Shown here: positions 25,812 through 39,900 of the stretch, piece by piece
How the letters are laid out: every line of letters begins with the position of its first letter
Numbering within the stretch: the stretch's first letter is position 1
Origin: Oculina patagonica
Lineage: Eukaryota
Assembly: GCF_052425735.1 (NCBI RefSeq)
Contig: NW_027558036.1
Location: forward strand, 1,736,001-1,800,000
Direction of reading: 5' to 3'
DNA: 64,000 nucleotides
Translations under genes and position numbers: made by a program
The notes under the pieces: generated by a model
Told to the model about the DNA's origin: nothing
The model's input: the letters and a program-made list of their open reading frames with translations, nothing else
Database searches by the model: none

Positions 25812-27729
25812 CAGAAGTATATAATCCAGAAGTCTACATCTCTAGTAATGGGTCTTGTGCTATCAGATTCGCGTGTAGGCTATTTTTAGAACAAGCCTCG
25901 CGCGAGAAGCTCGCGAGAAAATGACCTAGACGGCTTTTGCCGCGGACTAGTAACCAATAGCGTCAAATTATTTTTTTACAGCACGCCTTTGATTGGTTGA
26001 ACAGATTTTTGAAGTTGAGCACGAAGAGCCGAACTGCTGAAAACAGGCGAACGGCACCACGAAATTTCTTGCTGTTCAAGTTGTTGTTTATCAAAACGTG
26101 CATTTAGTGAGGATTTAAACCTAACGGATTCGAATCACTGGTCTCCTTTTCTGTCGATGATGACAGCATTGAAGTCGCTAAAAAAATCAGAGCATCCAGT
26201 AGAATGTGTTGTGTTTTGGAGTCAGTTTAGATGAGAGATGGCAGCGAACCAAAAAGAAACTGACTGCTTCGACTCAAATTCAAAATGAAAAGACACTTTA
26301 GATGAATGGAATCTCAAGAGATAAAGACAGCTATTACATATTGAAGATGTCTTTTACATCTTGCCACAGGTTTATTGCGATTGTGGAAAAATTCCGGCTG
26401 TCCCAGGAGCGGTTAAAATCGAGCGCGACGACTATATACAAGTTACACCAGTTTAATTGATTGATGTGACAACAACTTTCTGCTTCACGATCAAGCCCTT
26501 TTTCGAAGTATAAGGACAGGACGGCTAGACAAGAAAAAGAAAGACTTTAGTGACTATTTCTGTGGTTCTAAAGGGTGTCTTTATAGACCTTATGCGTGCA
26601 GGGTAGTGAAAGCATAATTTCTAGACCTGAACTCAAACAATTGCAAGGGAAGTTCGAGTACCGCATTTTAGAAATGCCAACCGAATGCCCTGCTTTTCGG
26701 ATTTGGAAATTGGAACTTTTTTTCGAAAAGTAAATCTCAGAACTTTAAGGTAATGTACTTGTTTATATATAAATGAAAATACGAGTTAAATTCACTGAAC
26801 AATCATGATTTCATTCATGCTTTTCGAATATACTTCATAGTGTGCAGCTAGTTTATTTCTTGTCTTGCTGCCGGCGCCGCAAATAAATAAATTATAAATT
26901 TTCAATTTATTGTTCTGTAATCAAATACGATGAAACTTAATAAGGACATACTTTCCATATGAACGTTTAAGGTACTTATGTTCAAAACTCTCTCGTTAAA
27001 ATACGAAAGTTCCTCATGTTTGTTTTGCGAGCTCGTCTATGGAAACCGGCGACGGGTTGCCTTTTCACTTGCCTACAAACTTTAAATTTCAACCGACGGT
27101 TGAAATCACTATTTAAGACTTCTACGACTGTCAAAACGTTAGAGTTAAAAAGAATGGCCAATGAAAATGATGTGTTTTCAATTGTTGTATCGCTCACTTT
27201 CCAAAAATATTCCCAAACAATTTTCAGTTAGCAATTTATCGAAATTCAGAAAACGAGTTAACCGCAAACACTCTTCGAGTCGTGGTTATTTTTGTAGCTC
27301 AGGAGCAAGACACTATAATTTTGTTGATGTAAAGACGTTCAGCAAAGCGAAACATACTTTCTTTAACCAAAACTAAATATTTTATTCTACCAAAGGTTCC
27401 TTTTTCAATGGTTTTTTGTTCGCCCTTCGAGCACGCATAAATTGCCTATGTAATATTAGATTTAGGGAGTTTATCAATGTAAACGGAAAGCAACTTTTTT
27501 CCAACTTATAATCGGATGTTTTTCCATCACAGACCTCATAAAATTAGGTCGTTGATTTGCCTTTATTTCGGAGTATTTTTGAATTATTTTTTAAGTTTTA
27601 ATTGTTTTCTGAGTGGCAAGTTCACACAGCACTTTCTCGCGCGCAAGGATGTTCTAAAAATAGCCTACACGCGAATCTGATAGCACGCGCCCCAATGCTA
27701 GATGTAGACTTCTAGATTATGTACTTCTG
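25812..27729. mobile_element. Non-autonomous TIR DNA transposon (CAGA..TCTG, 7-bp TSD)
   Basis: ~95-bp TIRs CAGAAGTATATAATCCAGAAGTCTACATC / GATGTAGACTTCTAGATTATGTACTTCTG; TSD GTGTCGG at 25805-25811 and 27730-27736. Confidence 0.88.
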
Positions 27730-29532
27730 GTGTCGGGAAATAGCGCTCTTCAAAACCGCAAAATGAAGTTGTCAGCTTTTTACTTCAGACTCCTGCGCAC
27801 GAGCAAATGAACGGATAAAGAAGACAGAGGAAGTTCTCGAGGATCACGTTTCGCCGCTTTTCTCTCAATTTTCCCCCACTTCGCTTTCTAAGCGCCACAT
27901 GAAATATACTTTTCGTATTCTGATTAATATGTCCAGTTTAGAATTAGAAGTAAAAGGGCTATAGTGTAATACAATCTTTCAAAATAGCGAGGGCGCTTTT
28001 CGTTTTAAGGAGTCCGTCATGAACTTTCAACAGAATTGTACTGCAATGACTGAAATTTATGCCATCTGCTATGGACAATTATACAAAACGTCCAGTACAA
28101 AAGCAATCATTTTTTAAACTCTCTAAACATTTTCAAAATCCTACAAGACATGCAGAGCAAGGTGTTTTAAGACACCGTCCTTTTTTCCTTTCATTGTAAT
28201 TCTTTCTCTTTGTGGTCCAATTCTTGTACGTATACCATGTATAACGGTAAAAACAAAACAAACATGCCAACAAAACATCAGGAATCAGACATGAACGTCC
28301 AAGGCATTGACTGACAAGTTAATTTATATGTAAATTGGAACGCATACGGTAAACTTCCCTGAACTCAGTAAACTTACACTGCATGCATAATGACCGGCAG
28401 CCGAACAAGATCTCAAAAACACTAAATTACCGGCAGTTCGATCACGACCATGTTTTTTTAATTCTTGTAAATCAAAAGAATTTAGCCAATCTAAAGTATG
28501 ATTCGTCTTTCAAACGAGACTCTAGCTTTTTTTTTATTCGAAGTGATTGATTAGCCTCTGAAGATACTCCGAATGCACTCCGAAGATATTCCGAAGTTTT
28601 TTCTAAAATTGTCCGGCTTATACTCCGAGTCATGGTTGTTCGAGTCGATTGCAGAAAGCAAACCCGAAGATCCTCGAAGAACACTCGAACCTGAAGGTGA
28701 AAGAAGTACATCCGAGGGATGCCGAAGATGGTCGGACACTTGTAAAGATTAGGGAAGGCTTTCAAGGATTCGTGTGAACATTTTGTTTTTATTCCCATTA
28801 GCTTCACTAAAAAGGGAATGGTTGGAAGATTCGGGAATGGTGACGTGCCATGGCGTTCCGGATGCATAACATTTTTTTATGTCGCTGTGTTGTTAAGTTT
28901 TTATTCAGAATTAAAGAAAAGCAGCCATAACCAGTAACTTTGGCAGTAAGAGATCAATGACTTAGGTGAACTTTAGCCGGACTTAGCTGTCTCGCCCTGC
29001 TCCTAACAGGCGTAAGTCAACCAAGCGTGATATTTATCTGAGCCGCGAGAAACTGGCACGAGACTCTGAAACACGAAAATAACAAATTTGGAAAAACATG
29101 CCTATCAAAATGCCGTTGCCATGGTGATGTCAAGTTCCTGACACAACATTCTGTGCTACCAAATTTATTCCAGATAAATTTTAGATAAACGCACAAGGTT
29201 TGGCAGGGTTTGGCTGAATCGTGAAAAAGTTATAAGCGTTTAAAGTCAGGGCGGCCCTCAACCCCCCCCCTCCCCCGGTCTGAATAGGGTGTATTCCGCT
29301 TATTGACGTTTTTGATAAAGAAAACAAATTAAAACAATTGCGATAAAAACCATTTGCGGCACTGACTTAAACCAAGATACCTTAGAAAAAAGCCTTTTCG
29401 GGGCCATTTGTGACCCTGATTACGCGAGCATTACCCGCTGTCTGGTCAATGCCAATAAAAGTCCCTCCTAATTCACATGTTACGCATTTGCTGATAATGA
29501 AGCGCATTTGATCTTTAGTAATAATGATCATA

Positions 29533-29610
29533 GGTAAAGGTAAAGGTAAACTTTATTTATGCAGGGTGGCCCATTGAGCACAGTGGCTGGTATCCAGAGG
29601 GGCCCTGCTA
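29533..29610 (-). mobile_element. 3' tail remnant of an L2/CR1-type LINE
   Basis: Minus strand CAGGG..CCCTG stem-loop, AATAAA, then (TTTACC)n microsatellite tail. Confidence 0.5.
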
Positions 29611-30647
29611 AATACAATTTCTAAAAATATAATATATCTAAAATTTAAAAATAGTTATAAAAATAGAGTTAAAACTTATGTCTAATACTTGAAATAGTTC
29701 TATAAAAGAGAGTTTAAAAACTGAAACTGAGTACAAGCAAGTAATGAAAAGAGTCGGAAGTCAAAAGAGTCGTAAGGTCCTCGGAAATACTCTGATACGT
29801 TTTCGACCACAAAACGTTTTCAATCCCAAATGAAATGTTTGAGATTTAAAACAGACGACCCCTGGCCAAAAACCACACCGGAACATTTTAAAACACATGG
29901 AAGGACCAACAAGAAACCGATAAATTCCAAATGCAAGGCTGATTGTCCGAACAGCCTTGCATTTGTTTATCGTTTTACTCTATATTGCTGATCCTGATCT
30001 ACGCCAAGATCCGGCTTCACTTTGCTGCTGTTTAATTTGTACAAGTGGGCCTTGCATTACTTTGGTACCGTTAACAAGAAACCCCTCAGACGTTCTTTCA
30101 CTGGGCAACATAGTGGCGCCTTTTCTCAGGTGTAAAGTTCTACTTCTTTAAGTTATTTTATATAACTGGTCTCTTGTAACCCTTCCTCTATTGAATTTAT
30201 TGCTTATAACTGACTTTCTTTATGCACATCTTATACGTATGCGCTTGGACGTGCTTTCGACCTTTACGGACCTCTTCCAGATTTGGCAGTGGTAGTCGTA
30301 TGGTCGCTGTATAATGTTCTTTAGAATGTTCCAGATTTCCTGTAAGAGATCCGAAGCACTCGAATGCTCTTCGTAAACAATCGCGCGAGATCGAAAGATA
30401 GTCCACACTAACAAAAAAAATGTAAAATTAAGGTGAGGTAAAACTAACTACTTTCTGTCAAAATTTGAACCGAAAGCTGAGAAATAGGTAAGATGTTATA
30501 CGATAGTTAAGAAATGGCTGAGATCTTAACTGATAACTAATATCCAGCACCCCACCCTACCCTTAAGTTGAATTTTTACCTGGCACATAAATTAAAAAAA
30601 AATGTCGTTTCTTTCTTTTAGCAAAGTTTGAAAAGGACTTGTTAACG

Positions 30648-30708
30648 ATGTGCAAGTGGATCTATTTATCGCTGCTAGTGATTCTCTTATCAGTGTGGAA
30701 ATTGAAAG
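30648..30708 (+). CDS. LRR gene first coding exon: signal peptide MCKWIYLSLLVILLSVWKLKG
   Basis: Acceptor TTTCTTTTAG ending 30621, ATG 30648, hydrophobic core, donor AAG|GTAAGA phase 1; an upstream donor at 30488 suggests a 5' UTR exon. Confidence 0.8.
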
Positions 30709-32106
30709 GTAAGATGTTAGATGATAAAATCATTTGAGACGAAAACATTCCTGCGGCATGGAATACTTATAATTGTCATGACATGTATAAACATGGAAAT
30801 TTATTTGTTTACAGTAAAAGGTAGATACAGTAGGTAAAAATCGGACAAACGTCGTAAAATTCCGGTTATACCTCTCTGAGCTTAGAATTTCGTCAGGGGT
30901 TTTGGCTTGGCTGTTTACAGTTGAGTTTATTTCAAAAAGGGGTTTTCAGTAACGTCATATAAAAACCGTTTCGCTAACATGCAGCGTTTTAAAGTATCTC
31001 ATGAACAATGTATTGCAAAAGCCACTCTGATAAGAAAAGATGTAATTGATGTGCACTTTGTTTGCAAACTTGTTTATTGTCCATACCTAAAATTTACAGA
31101 AGTGAGCTGCTTCCTTTTATGACACACAATTATAAATGGTGTGCTGTTGTACACTGTACGGTAGCGTGCGGTTAGTGTGGTGCAGTATTGCGTGTTGATC
31201 GGTGTGGTGTGGTGTGCTGTGCTGTAGAGTGCTGCGCGTGTGCAGTGTGGTGTGGTGTGGTGCAGTTTGGGGTAGTGTGGCTCGGTGTTGTGTGGTGTGC
31301 TTCGGTGTGGTGTAATGTGATGTGGTATGGTTTGTTGCGTTGCGGTATGTGATAAGGTGTGGTGTGGTGTGGCTCGGTAAGTGTCGTGTGGTTTGGTGTG
31401 CTGCGGAACTTTGTGGAGCAGTGTGGTGTGGTGAGGTGTGTTGTGTTATGGTGTGGTGTGGCGCATTGTGGAACGGTGTGCTGAGCTACTGTGCGGCGCA
31501 ACGGGTGTGGTGAGGTGCGGCAGGTAAAGGCGTAGTGGAGTGTGGTGCGGTGTGGAATTGTTTGCTGCTGTACGGTGCAGTGTGGTGAGTGTGTGCGTGT
31601 GAGTGGGGTGCGATGTGGTTCGTTGTGGTTCGGCTCGCAGTGTGTGGTTTAGTGTGGTGTAACGCAGTGTGGTGTGGCGAGCGGTAGTTTCTATCAAGGA
31701 ATGTAAAAATATGCCAAGTGTGCACAATGGCTTATAATGTTGACTGAAACAAACTGATATATTTTTGTTACACAGGCTCAATATCATCTGTTTTAACATT
31801 CCCTTGTTTATAAGGCGATAGTAACCCTCATAATTTTTAAGTAGAGAATCTTCTTTAATCCGAATGCTTGCGCTGTTATACATGGATATTTTTCAGGTTG
31901 CGAGAATGTTTGCTCTGGCCATGGCAGAGTTGATGAAAAAGACCAAGTTAACAATGACTATACTTGCACGAATATCGGTTCAACGATTGACCTATTCAAA
32001 TGCCTTCCGACAACAGCGACAAAGTTGTAAGATTTCGCTATTCTTTATAATATAATTTCCTCTGTTTTGGTGTCTGTCTGTCTGTCTATCTGCCTGCCTG
32101 CCTGCC

Positions 32107-32143
<37 letters not shown>

Positions 32144-33953
32144 TTGTTTCTGTCTACAAAAACTTCTTTTAAAGCCAGTTTAAATAAACAATTTTTATGT
32201 GACAAAATTATGCTCGTTTAGACGAGGGAAATTGGCCAATTTTTATGTGACAAATATATTTTCTGTGAAGCTGGCGTGTTAGCTTTAAAGTGACAAATAA
32301 AAGCAGTCACATACGAAAAATTGCTCGTGTAGACGACTCGTCACATAAAATGTAGCAAATATTGCGTTAGCACATATTTGCTGAAAACTAACCGCAAGAA
32401 AACCGGAGTAAAGGTTAATCGCAAGCAATCCGGAGAGAAAGTTTGAGTCCCGAGCTCGAGACCTGAGCTCGAGTCCTTGCTCGGTTTTTTAGGCATCATC
32501 TTGAAATTTATACGAACTTACACTAAGGTTTCTGAAAAGAAGGGGCTATTATTTGACTCAAAGGGGGGAATTAATTTTAAAAAACGGTTGATTATTAATG
32601 GCAATACGGTTAAATAGTAGATGATTGTAAATGTGAATTAAGCATAGGATACTAAATTATATCTTTCTCATGCACATTTTCAAATGGAAACAGGTCTTTA
32701 CAAAGGAATAAGATCAGCAACCTTCCCACGGGTGCATTTCGTCATATGGCTGCGCTTAAAGTCCTGTAAGTTTATATAGATTAAATCATAGAAAGAGCGA
32801 CGTATGGAAAACGCGCAGCGAACGAGTGACGAATTTTTGCAGCGAGGGAATGAAACTTATTTTAATTATATATAACAAAAAAAAAAACATTGTAAAATCT
32901 TTAAGCGATTTTGCAATTTATAATCTGTCATACAAGGCAGCGCGAACAAAACAAAGCTGCAAAATGCACATTGATTTCTTTACATAACATCGCTTCTCCG
33001 GAAAAACCGCTAAAAATCGAAACTGAGTAGGAAAAAATAGTGGCATGAAACTCTCCTAGATAGAAGATTTATTTACATAAACACACTGATGCGTTACAAG
33101 GAAACTTTGCCACAAGCGAATCAAATAAATACGCTGGCGACTACTTTTGAACAAAACTATGTTATTACGACGACGTCACTCAAACACATTCAAATACGCA
33201 ATTTACCTTACCATGGCGCTCGAATATCCTTTGAAAGCTTGCGAATGTGTTGTAAGTTCCGAAGAACTAACAATGATTGAGCGAACTTAAAATATCAGTG
33301 AAATCTACACAAATTAACTAACCAAAATATCACAAAGAATACAAAGTATCTGAATATGCCTGCAAAATGTCTACAATTTATTGCAATAAATCATCGTAAA
33401 GTGATCACATTTTCTTTGTAAAATCAACATGTAAAAACAAAAGTGTGTAGAAATCATAGCTCATAAATTCAAATAACCTCTACAAAAAGCGAAAAAAATA
33501 AGTGCTTCATGTACATAACTAGTGTGCATGCTTTAAATAGATGTAGAATATAACGCAACTAGTAAAATCGTGACAGGGTAAGTGGGAGGTACTCAAACCC
33601 ACCGTTATCTTGATTGTATGTATTTTGTAGTTGTATTTTAAACTAATAAATAAAGTTTAAGCTGAGTTGAAGTTGTGACAAGAACGTAACAAAGCACGCA
33701 AACAACAATGTGGCTTGATAAGGGGGGGGGGGGGGGGTGGGGGCAGGAATGTGGCAGGTTAAGCAAGATTTTAAGTAATGTACGCAAAATACCTCACTTA
33801 TTCCTCCCAATAATGTTGGAGTAAAATAAGAATATTGTCAGTTTTTTCCTTACTGGCTGGATCGGATAAGATTAAGGCAAGGGTATATCATGAGATGGCA
33901 GCAAGACCGACACAACCAACGCTACACAGACTTAACCGAACCAGATAAGATAA

Positions 33954-33991
<38 letters not shown>

Positions 33992-36900
33992 AGCTTACAA
34001 AGTTAATGATGTATAACTAAATGTCATTGCCCTTCACCAATGGAGGGAGGGCGGGTAAAACTAAATTATTACAATTTTAACTCTTTCGTGCAAAAGCTGC
34101 CAGAAAAATACCCTGGGATATTGTTCTGCTGCTTTTACAGCAGGACAATGCCTCAAAGTTCAGCCAAAAGATAAAGTTATGCTATCAACGAATCAAAGTG
34201 GCTATGAGCCACTGAACTCTGAAAGTGACTATGAAACGAGAATATAAAACCGAGAACTTTAAAACATAAGGTTTGCCTAGAACAAGTCAAGTTTTGAACC
34301 GATAAGTTCAATCCCGGTATCTTAAAAACTATCTTTGTACTGATACGTATAACATCAACTTTTGTAACCATCGGAAGCTCCAGCTTATTTTCCACACTTT
34401 TGAATTCGAAGTGAAATTCGACTAACAGCCTAATATATTTAAACTGTCATTAACTTAATTCAACCCGAAATCAAATCACTTAACACTCCTGCGAAAGTTT
34501 TCCACGACTTCGGTACTGGCAGAACTCACTTGAGCCTGCTATGGTGCTGTTCATAACTGATTACCACCAAACAATTATGTTGTCGCGATGTAGTGTGATG
34601 GATGAGCTTCTGGACTTGTAATTCAAAATAGAAAGGGAAGTTGTGGGTTCGAATCGTTATCGGGAAACTTTTTTTCTCCTTCATTTTTACTCGTGAATGC
34701 ATAATGAACGAGTATAGTGGGGGAAGTTGAGCCATCCGTCCTTCCTTCCATCGTTGTTAACATTATGCAAATTAGGTATGCTCACGGGCGCTTTCTAAAT
34801 TTCGTTTCCCTCGGCTGTGAATAAAAATACAGCTTTACAAAGGTATCATTTCAAAGAAATACGTGTAGAAAATACTTCACCCCGGGCCCTGTAAATGAGA
34901 AGCAATCGTTTCCCAAACGATGAAATATTGCCTTTTCTTATATAATAATCGCAAACATTCGGAAACGATGACCAGTGACTTTATGTATGTGTTCTGAAAA
35001 GACTGGGAAGGTTAGAGCACGGCACGATTTATTATTAAAGGATAATCAGTAAAAGAGTAATGAAACTCTATACAAGACAGATATGTATATAATATCCGTG
35101 GAAAAAAAAATAAGAAGAAAAAAGAATTTTAGCCGGCCACGGGGTATGAGAGTCGATCCCGGGTCACACGCTTTAGAACGCAGAGCTGTACCACTGAGCC
35201 ATCGGTTCGAAAAAAGTAATTCTTATACCTAAGCGACCTGTTATATGTTCACCCTCTTTAAATAAAGTTGATTATTATTATTAATCCCTATAATGAATAT
35301 TTTCCATCGATACTATACTGTTCAAAGGAACGATTCATTCACGAGTAGGTCAGATCATAGACCTCTTTTTTTGTCCTCTTCTCTCTTTCTTTTTCTTTTT
35401 GTTTCGCTACGAATATACCATTTATTGTACCGTTGTCTGCATTTTAGAAACCATTTACTGAGACGCAAGCATTACCGAAGTCGTTGTTTGATCTTTTCGA
35501 ATTTTGGACGATACAATCTTATCAACATTCTTGACATTCTTGAAGAACTTTACGTTACTTTTTATTTACGTCACGTGACTCAGAAACGAATGTTACCGGT
35601 TGGGGACGTCGGACATAGGGTACAGAAAGTAAAGTTCAATTGATCATTTCTGTGTGTAGTTCTCGAATCAAATACAACATATTTCTACTATTTGGCGCAT
35701 TGTTCTCGTTTACACTAGTGAAGCCAATTGTACAGATGTCTGTTTACTGAATCTAATAGAATTTGTCAAATATAATTTGTCTCTTTCGTTTATATCTTTT
35801 CTTAGTCCTTCTTAGTCCAGCTTTGTGTTCTTCGCGGCAATTTCTTGTTGTTCTAAACTTTATCTTTTCCAGTCCTATTCGGTTGTTCGATTGATCGGGA
35901 CAGAACATTTTGAAGGGCTCCGGCATAAAGCGTTGACTACGTCATCGCTTAAAAGGGATATTTACTGGACAATTCTTTCAGCCAAAATAAAATAAAAAAG
36001 TCATCTGAACAAAATTATTTAAATGAACATTGTAAAAATAGGAGGAGTTCGGGAATTGCAATGGGTAGTGTGATACCACAGCATCATGGCTGTGGAGCCT
36101 GAAAACAACAAGAACTGGTCACAAAATCAATATGACGGCAATGAATATTGAGGAAGACAAGGTCGATGTGGTTGTAAGAATCAAACGAAAACACGGAGAA
36201 AAGAAAGAAGAACCGCCATTACTACTAATCTGTTGTGTTTGACTACGTCATTATCTTCCTCATAACTCGTTTTACTTTTTTAATGTGAAAATTTAACTCG
36301 GTCAGTCGACACCAAACGGAGATAAAAGGTGGAGTGGCTCAACACTTCAAAGACAAGCTAAATATCATGCAAACATGTTTATACCGTTTTTCCCTCACAA
36401 AAATAAAGACCAATGACTTGTTACAAACCGACTAGAGGAATAACAAAATAATGCAACTTCACGTTTCCTTACAACGTGCTTTGCTGCAAATTTGTCGCCG
36501 TTTAGGTGAGTAATTGGTTAATATTGTTGAATAACTCTTATGACGATACCAAACAGGAAAATAAATTTACACCACGGCATCTTTAACTATTCTTCTTTAT
36601 AGAAAACGAAAACCAGATTTCTGTATAATTGCTAATTCTCATTTTAAAGGATTATTACAAAACACGACAATGTGTTATTACAATTTACGACAGCTAGCGC
36701 TCGGAGTATTACAAAATACCGCAATGTGTTATTACAATTTGCGATAGGTGCGTTATTACAAATCACGACAACTTTTATTACAATTTACGAAAGCTATTAC
36801 AATTCACGACAACTGTTATTACAATTTACGACAGGTATTACAATTCACGACGTTTATTACAATTCACGACAGTACATACGTGTCATAATAAATAATTTAT

Positions 36901-39900
36901 TACCTTCTAATGCAAAAAAAAAAAAAACAAGTGGCAGCTTACAAGGCAGACATACAGTGCTATTATGCAGTTCGACAGTTAAACAATATTTGTTTAAATT
37001 TTTGCTGCATAACCTTACCCTATTTCAAAAACGTATTAAGTGACGTCACAGACAAAGGTTGGACCAATAAAAAATTATATATGTTTGTATCCTATTAAAC
37101 TAGTGAAACAGAGGTCAGGTTAATTTTTAAGACTGACTAATGCTGTGTTCACACTAGGCCGAAGAAAGAGTAGTCTGATCGCGATGAAAACATGTTTCGC
37201 TATGAAAAGTGTTCGCATCAGACTGCGCATTGCGCGAATCATTATCGAAACATGTTAATTCTGAGCATGATTGAAACAACCTCACGAGGTAGTTTCAATC
37301 ATGATCAGACGAAACACGTTAGAAATGACGGACATGCGGAGAGGAGGCAAACCGATTAGTTAATTTTTTTTGCCTTAAGTTGATTTTCTTTTGCCTTTGA
37401 GTTAATTTGCCATAACGCAGATTTTCCTTTGTCGTCAATCAGTGATTATATATTACCGTGCGTTGAGTTTCCTTTGCTGTGAATTACTTTTCGTTTGTTG
37501 TGAGGCGATTTTCTTTTGCCGTGAGTTGATTTGCTTGTCTCACAGAGAGTAATTCTCTTTTGCCGTGAGTTGATTTTCTCTTACTGTAAGCTGAGTTTGT
37601 TTTACCCTGAGATGATTTTCTTTCGTCATAACTTGATTTTCTTTATTTGCCGTAAATTGATTCTCTTTTGCATGGGGTAAATTTTCTTTTGCCGAAATTT
37701 TATTTCTTTTTGAAGCGGGTTTATTGTCTTTTGCTCGGTTCATGAGCTGATTTTTTGGCGTGAGTTTTATATATAAGTTTATTTTCTTTTGCCGTGATTG
37801 ATTTTCTTTTGCGGTGAGTTAATTTTCTTTTACCAAGAGTTGAATACCTGTTTTCCGTTAGTCGGTATTCAATTTATTCTATGGGCCACCGTACTTTAAA
37901 TATTTTGTACGCTTAGTTACCACACGTACATTATTTATATTATTGTAAAGTCCTGTAAATAATGAATAACTGGGGAGCTCCGGTTTTAGGCTTGATTAAA
38001 TCTGTACTGATCAGAGTCGAATTACTCTTGCCGTGATTTTTTTGCGAGTTTTTTTTCTTTTTCCGTAAATCAATTTTGTTCTGCTTTAAGATAACTGTCC
38101 CGTGAGCAAATTTTGCTGTGCCGTAAGATAGTACCATAATTTTTTTGTCCCTTTAAAACCAGAAGGGAAAGTTAACACTATTGTAAATTCTACAATAATA
38201 AAACTATAATTAAGTGGGGTGCTTCAATTCGCTTTTAGGCTTGCATTATTCTAAATACTACTTCTTACGCCATACTTACGCTATTCGATATACTACCAAT
38301 CATGGAAATACTGCGCAAAAATAAATTTAACTTAATTAACTATAACGTTCATGATTTAATTAGTCCTGAATCCGAATCTTATGTACTTTAGTAACATAAA
38401 AAACAACCAAATTTAAGGCATCCGCTACAATGAGTTTATTTTAGAAGATTTGTTTTTGCTGCGACTCATTCCGATTTATTCATTGTTTTTTTCTCTATTT
38501 TTTAACAGAGATCTACAGCTGAATGAAATCAGTAGTATATCTTTAGACGCCTTTGCTGACTTGAAGGGACTTCATACGCTGTATGTTAATTTATAAATGT
38601 AACAACATCAATCGCAAGTCCCTAATGTCGCCTTTCACCAAGATTAACGCTTAAAGTTTAGCCTCCATAAACGCTTTAAGTTTTGTCCCCCAGGCAAATT
38701 ATGCAAAGTACGCGGTTGCATTTGCCATTTAGATACAACAAAATCAAGAAATTTGTACGCCTTATTTAACTACATCCTTACTCCCTGATTCGTGAAGGAA
38801 TCCAAAGTATCACAATAAAACAAATACGGTAAAACAGGAACAAAGGTTGCTTTTCCTGGAATGACCAAGAGTATTAAGTAATTTTAAATAACTCAGTTTT
38901 CTTTCACTTTCTTCAGTTATTAGGTCTGGATAAGGCAGGGGTTATTGAACGTGGAAAATTAACAAAAAGAATAACATCTGGATGATTTTATTGTTCGTAT
39001 TTTGTTTTTTCTCCTAGAAACTTACAAAACAACCGTATTCAGAATTTAACAGCAGATATTTTCTCACCTCTCCTGGCCTTGCAAACGCTGTAAGTACGTC
39101 AAAATTAACAATCGCTTTTAACGAAGAAGCCAGCCAACTTCAAAGAAGTCAGCCAATTTTGATAACTCAGTTTTCTTTCACTTTCTTATTTATTAGGACT
39201 AGGATTAGGCAGGGATCAGTAAGTAAACGTGGAAAGTAAACAGAAATAACATCTGGATGGTTTCTGATTGTTTGAATGTTTGTTTTCTCCTAGAAACGTA
39301 AAAGACAATCAAATTCAGAATTTAACAGCCGAAATTTTCTCTTCTCTCATGGCTTTGCGAGTGCTGTAAGTACATCAAAAATCGTTTTGAACGTAGAAGC
39401 CAGCCAATTTCAAATTAATGATTTTCTTTTCCTGTAAATAAAAAGTTTAATGGTTCCTCCTCGAATTATTGCACATTGATTAAAATAAATCTGATCAAGG
39501 TGTAATGAACGGTAATTTGTGAAAAAGCCTGAGATGATAACGTTTAATTGCCATCCAAAGCTTTACGTGAAAATGCTAAAATTGAGTATCTTCAGAAGCT
39601 TACAATGTATCTTGGTATGTCGGATGCACAGATACAATAAGCGCGAACATCCTTAATATGTTGTTAGTCAATTGTGATTTTGTGCTTTTAATGTTATGTA
39701 TAAAACGGAAAGGAAAAAGATGCACGCACCGTTAAATATCAGTGACAAGTTAATGACCCAGTATAAATGTCGCATTTCACATCTGCCGAATTTAATACCC
39801 GAATTTGAAGAGTCGCAGTTAATTTATGAGCGAGTTTCATTCTCGTTACCATAGTCCTTTTCGCGTCTCTTGGCACGAGAAACGAAGGGCTCTGAAGACA

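Noticed and set aside
31172-31883. His/Thr-rich and Val/Trp/Cys-rich ORFs
   Set aside because: Translations of the (GTGTG)n microsatellite.
35165-35185. Amber-suppressor tRNA (TTCTAAA loop on minus strand)
   Set aside because: Anticodon and acceptor stems do not pair; degenerate SINE head.
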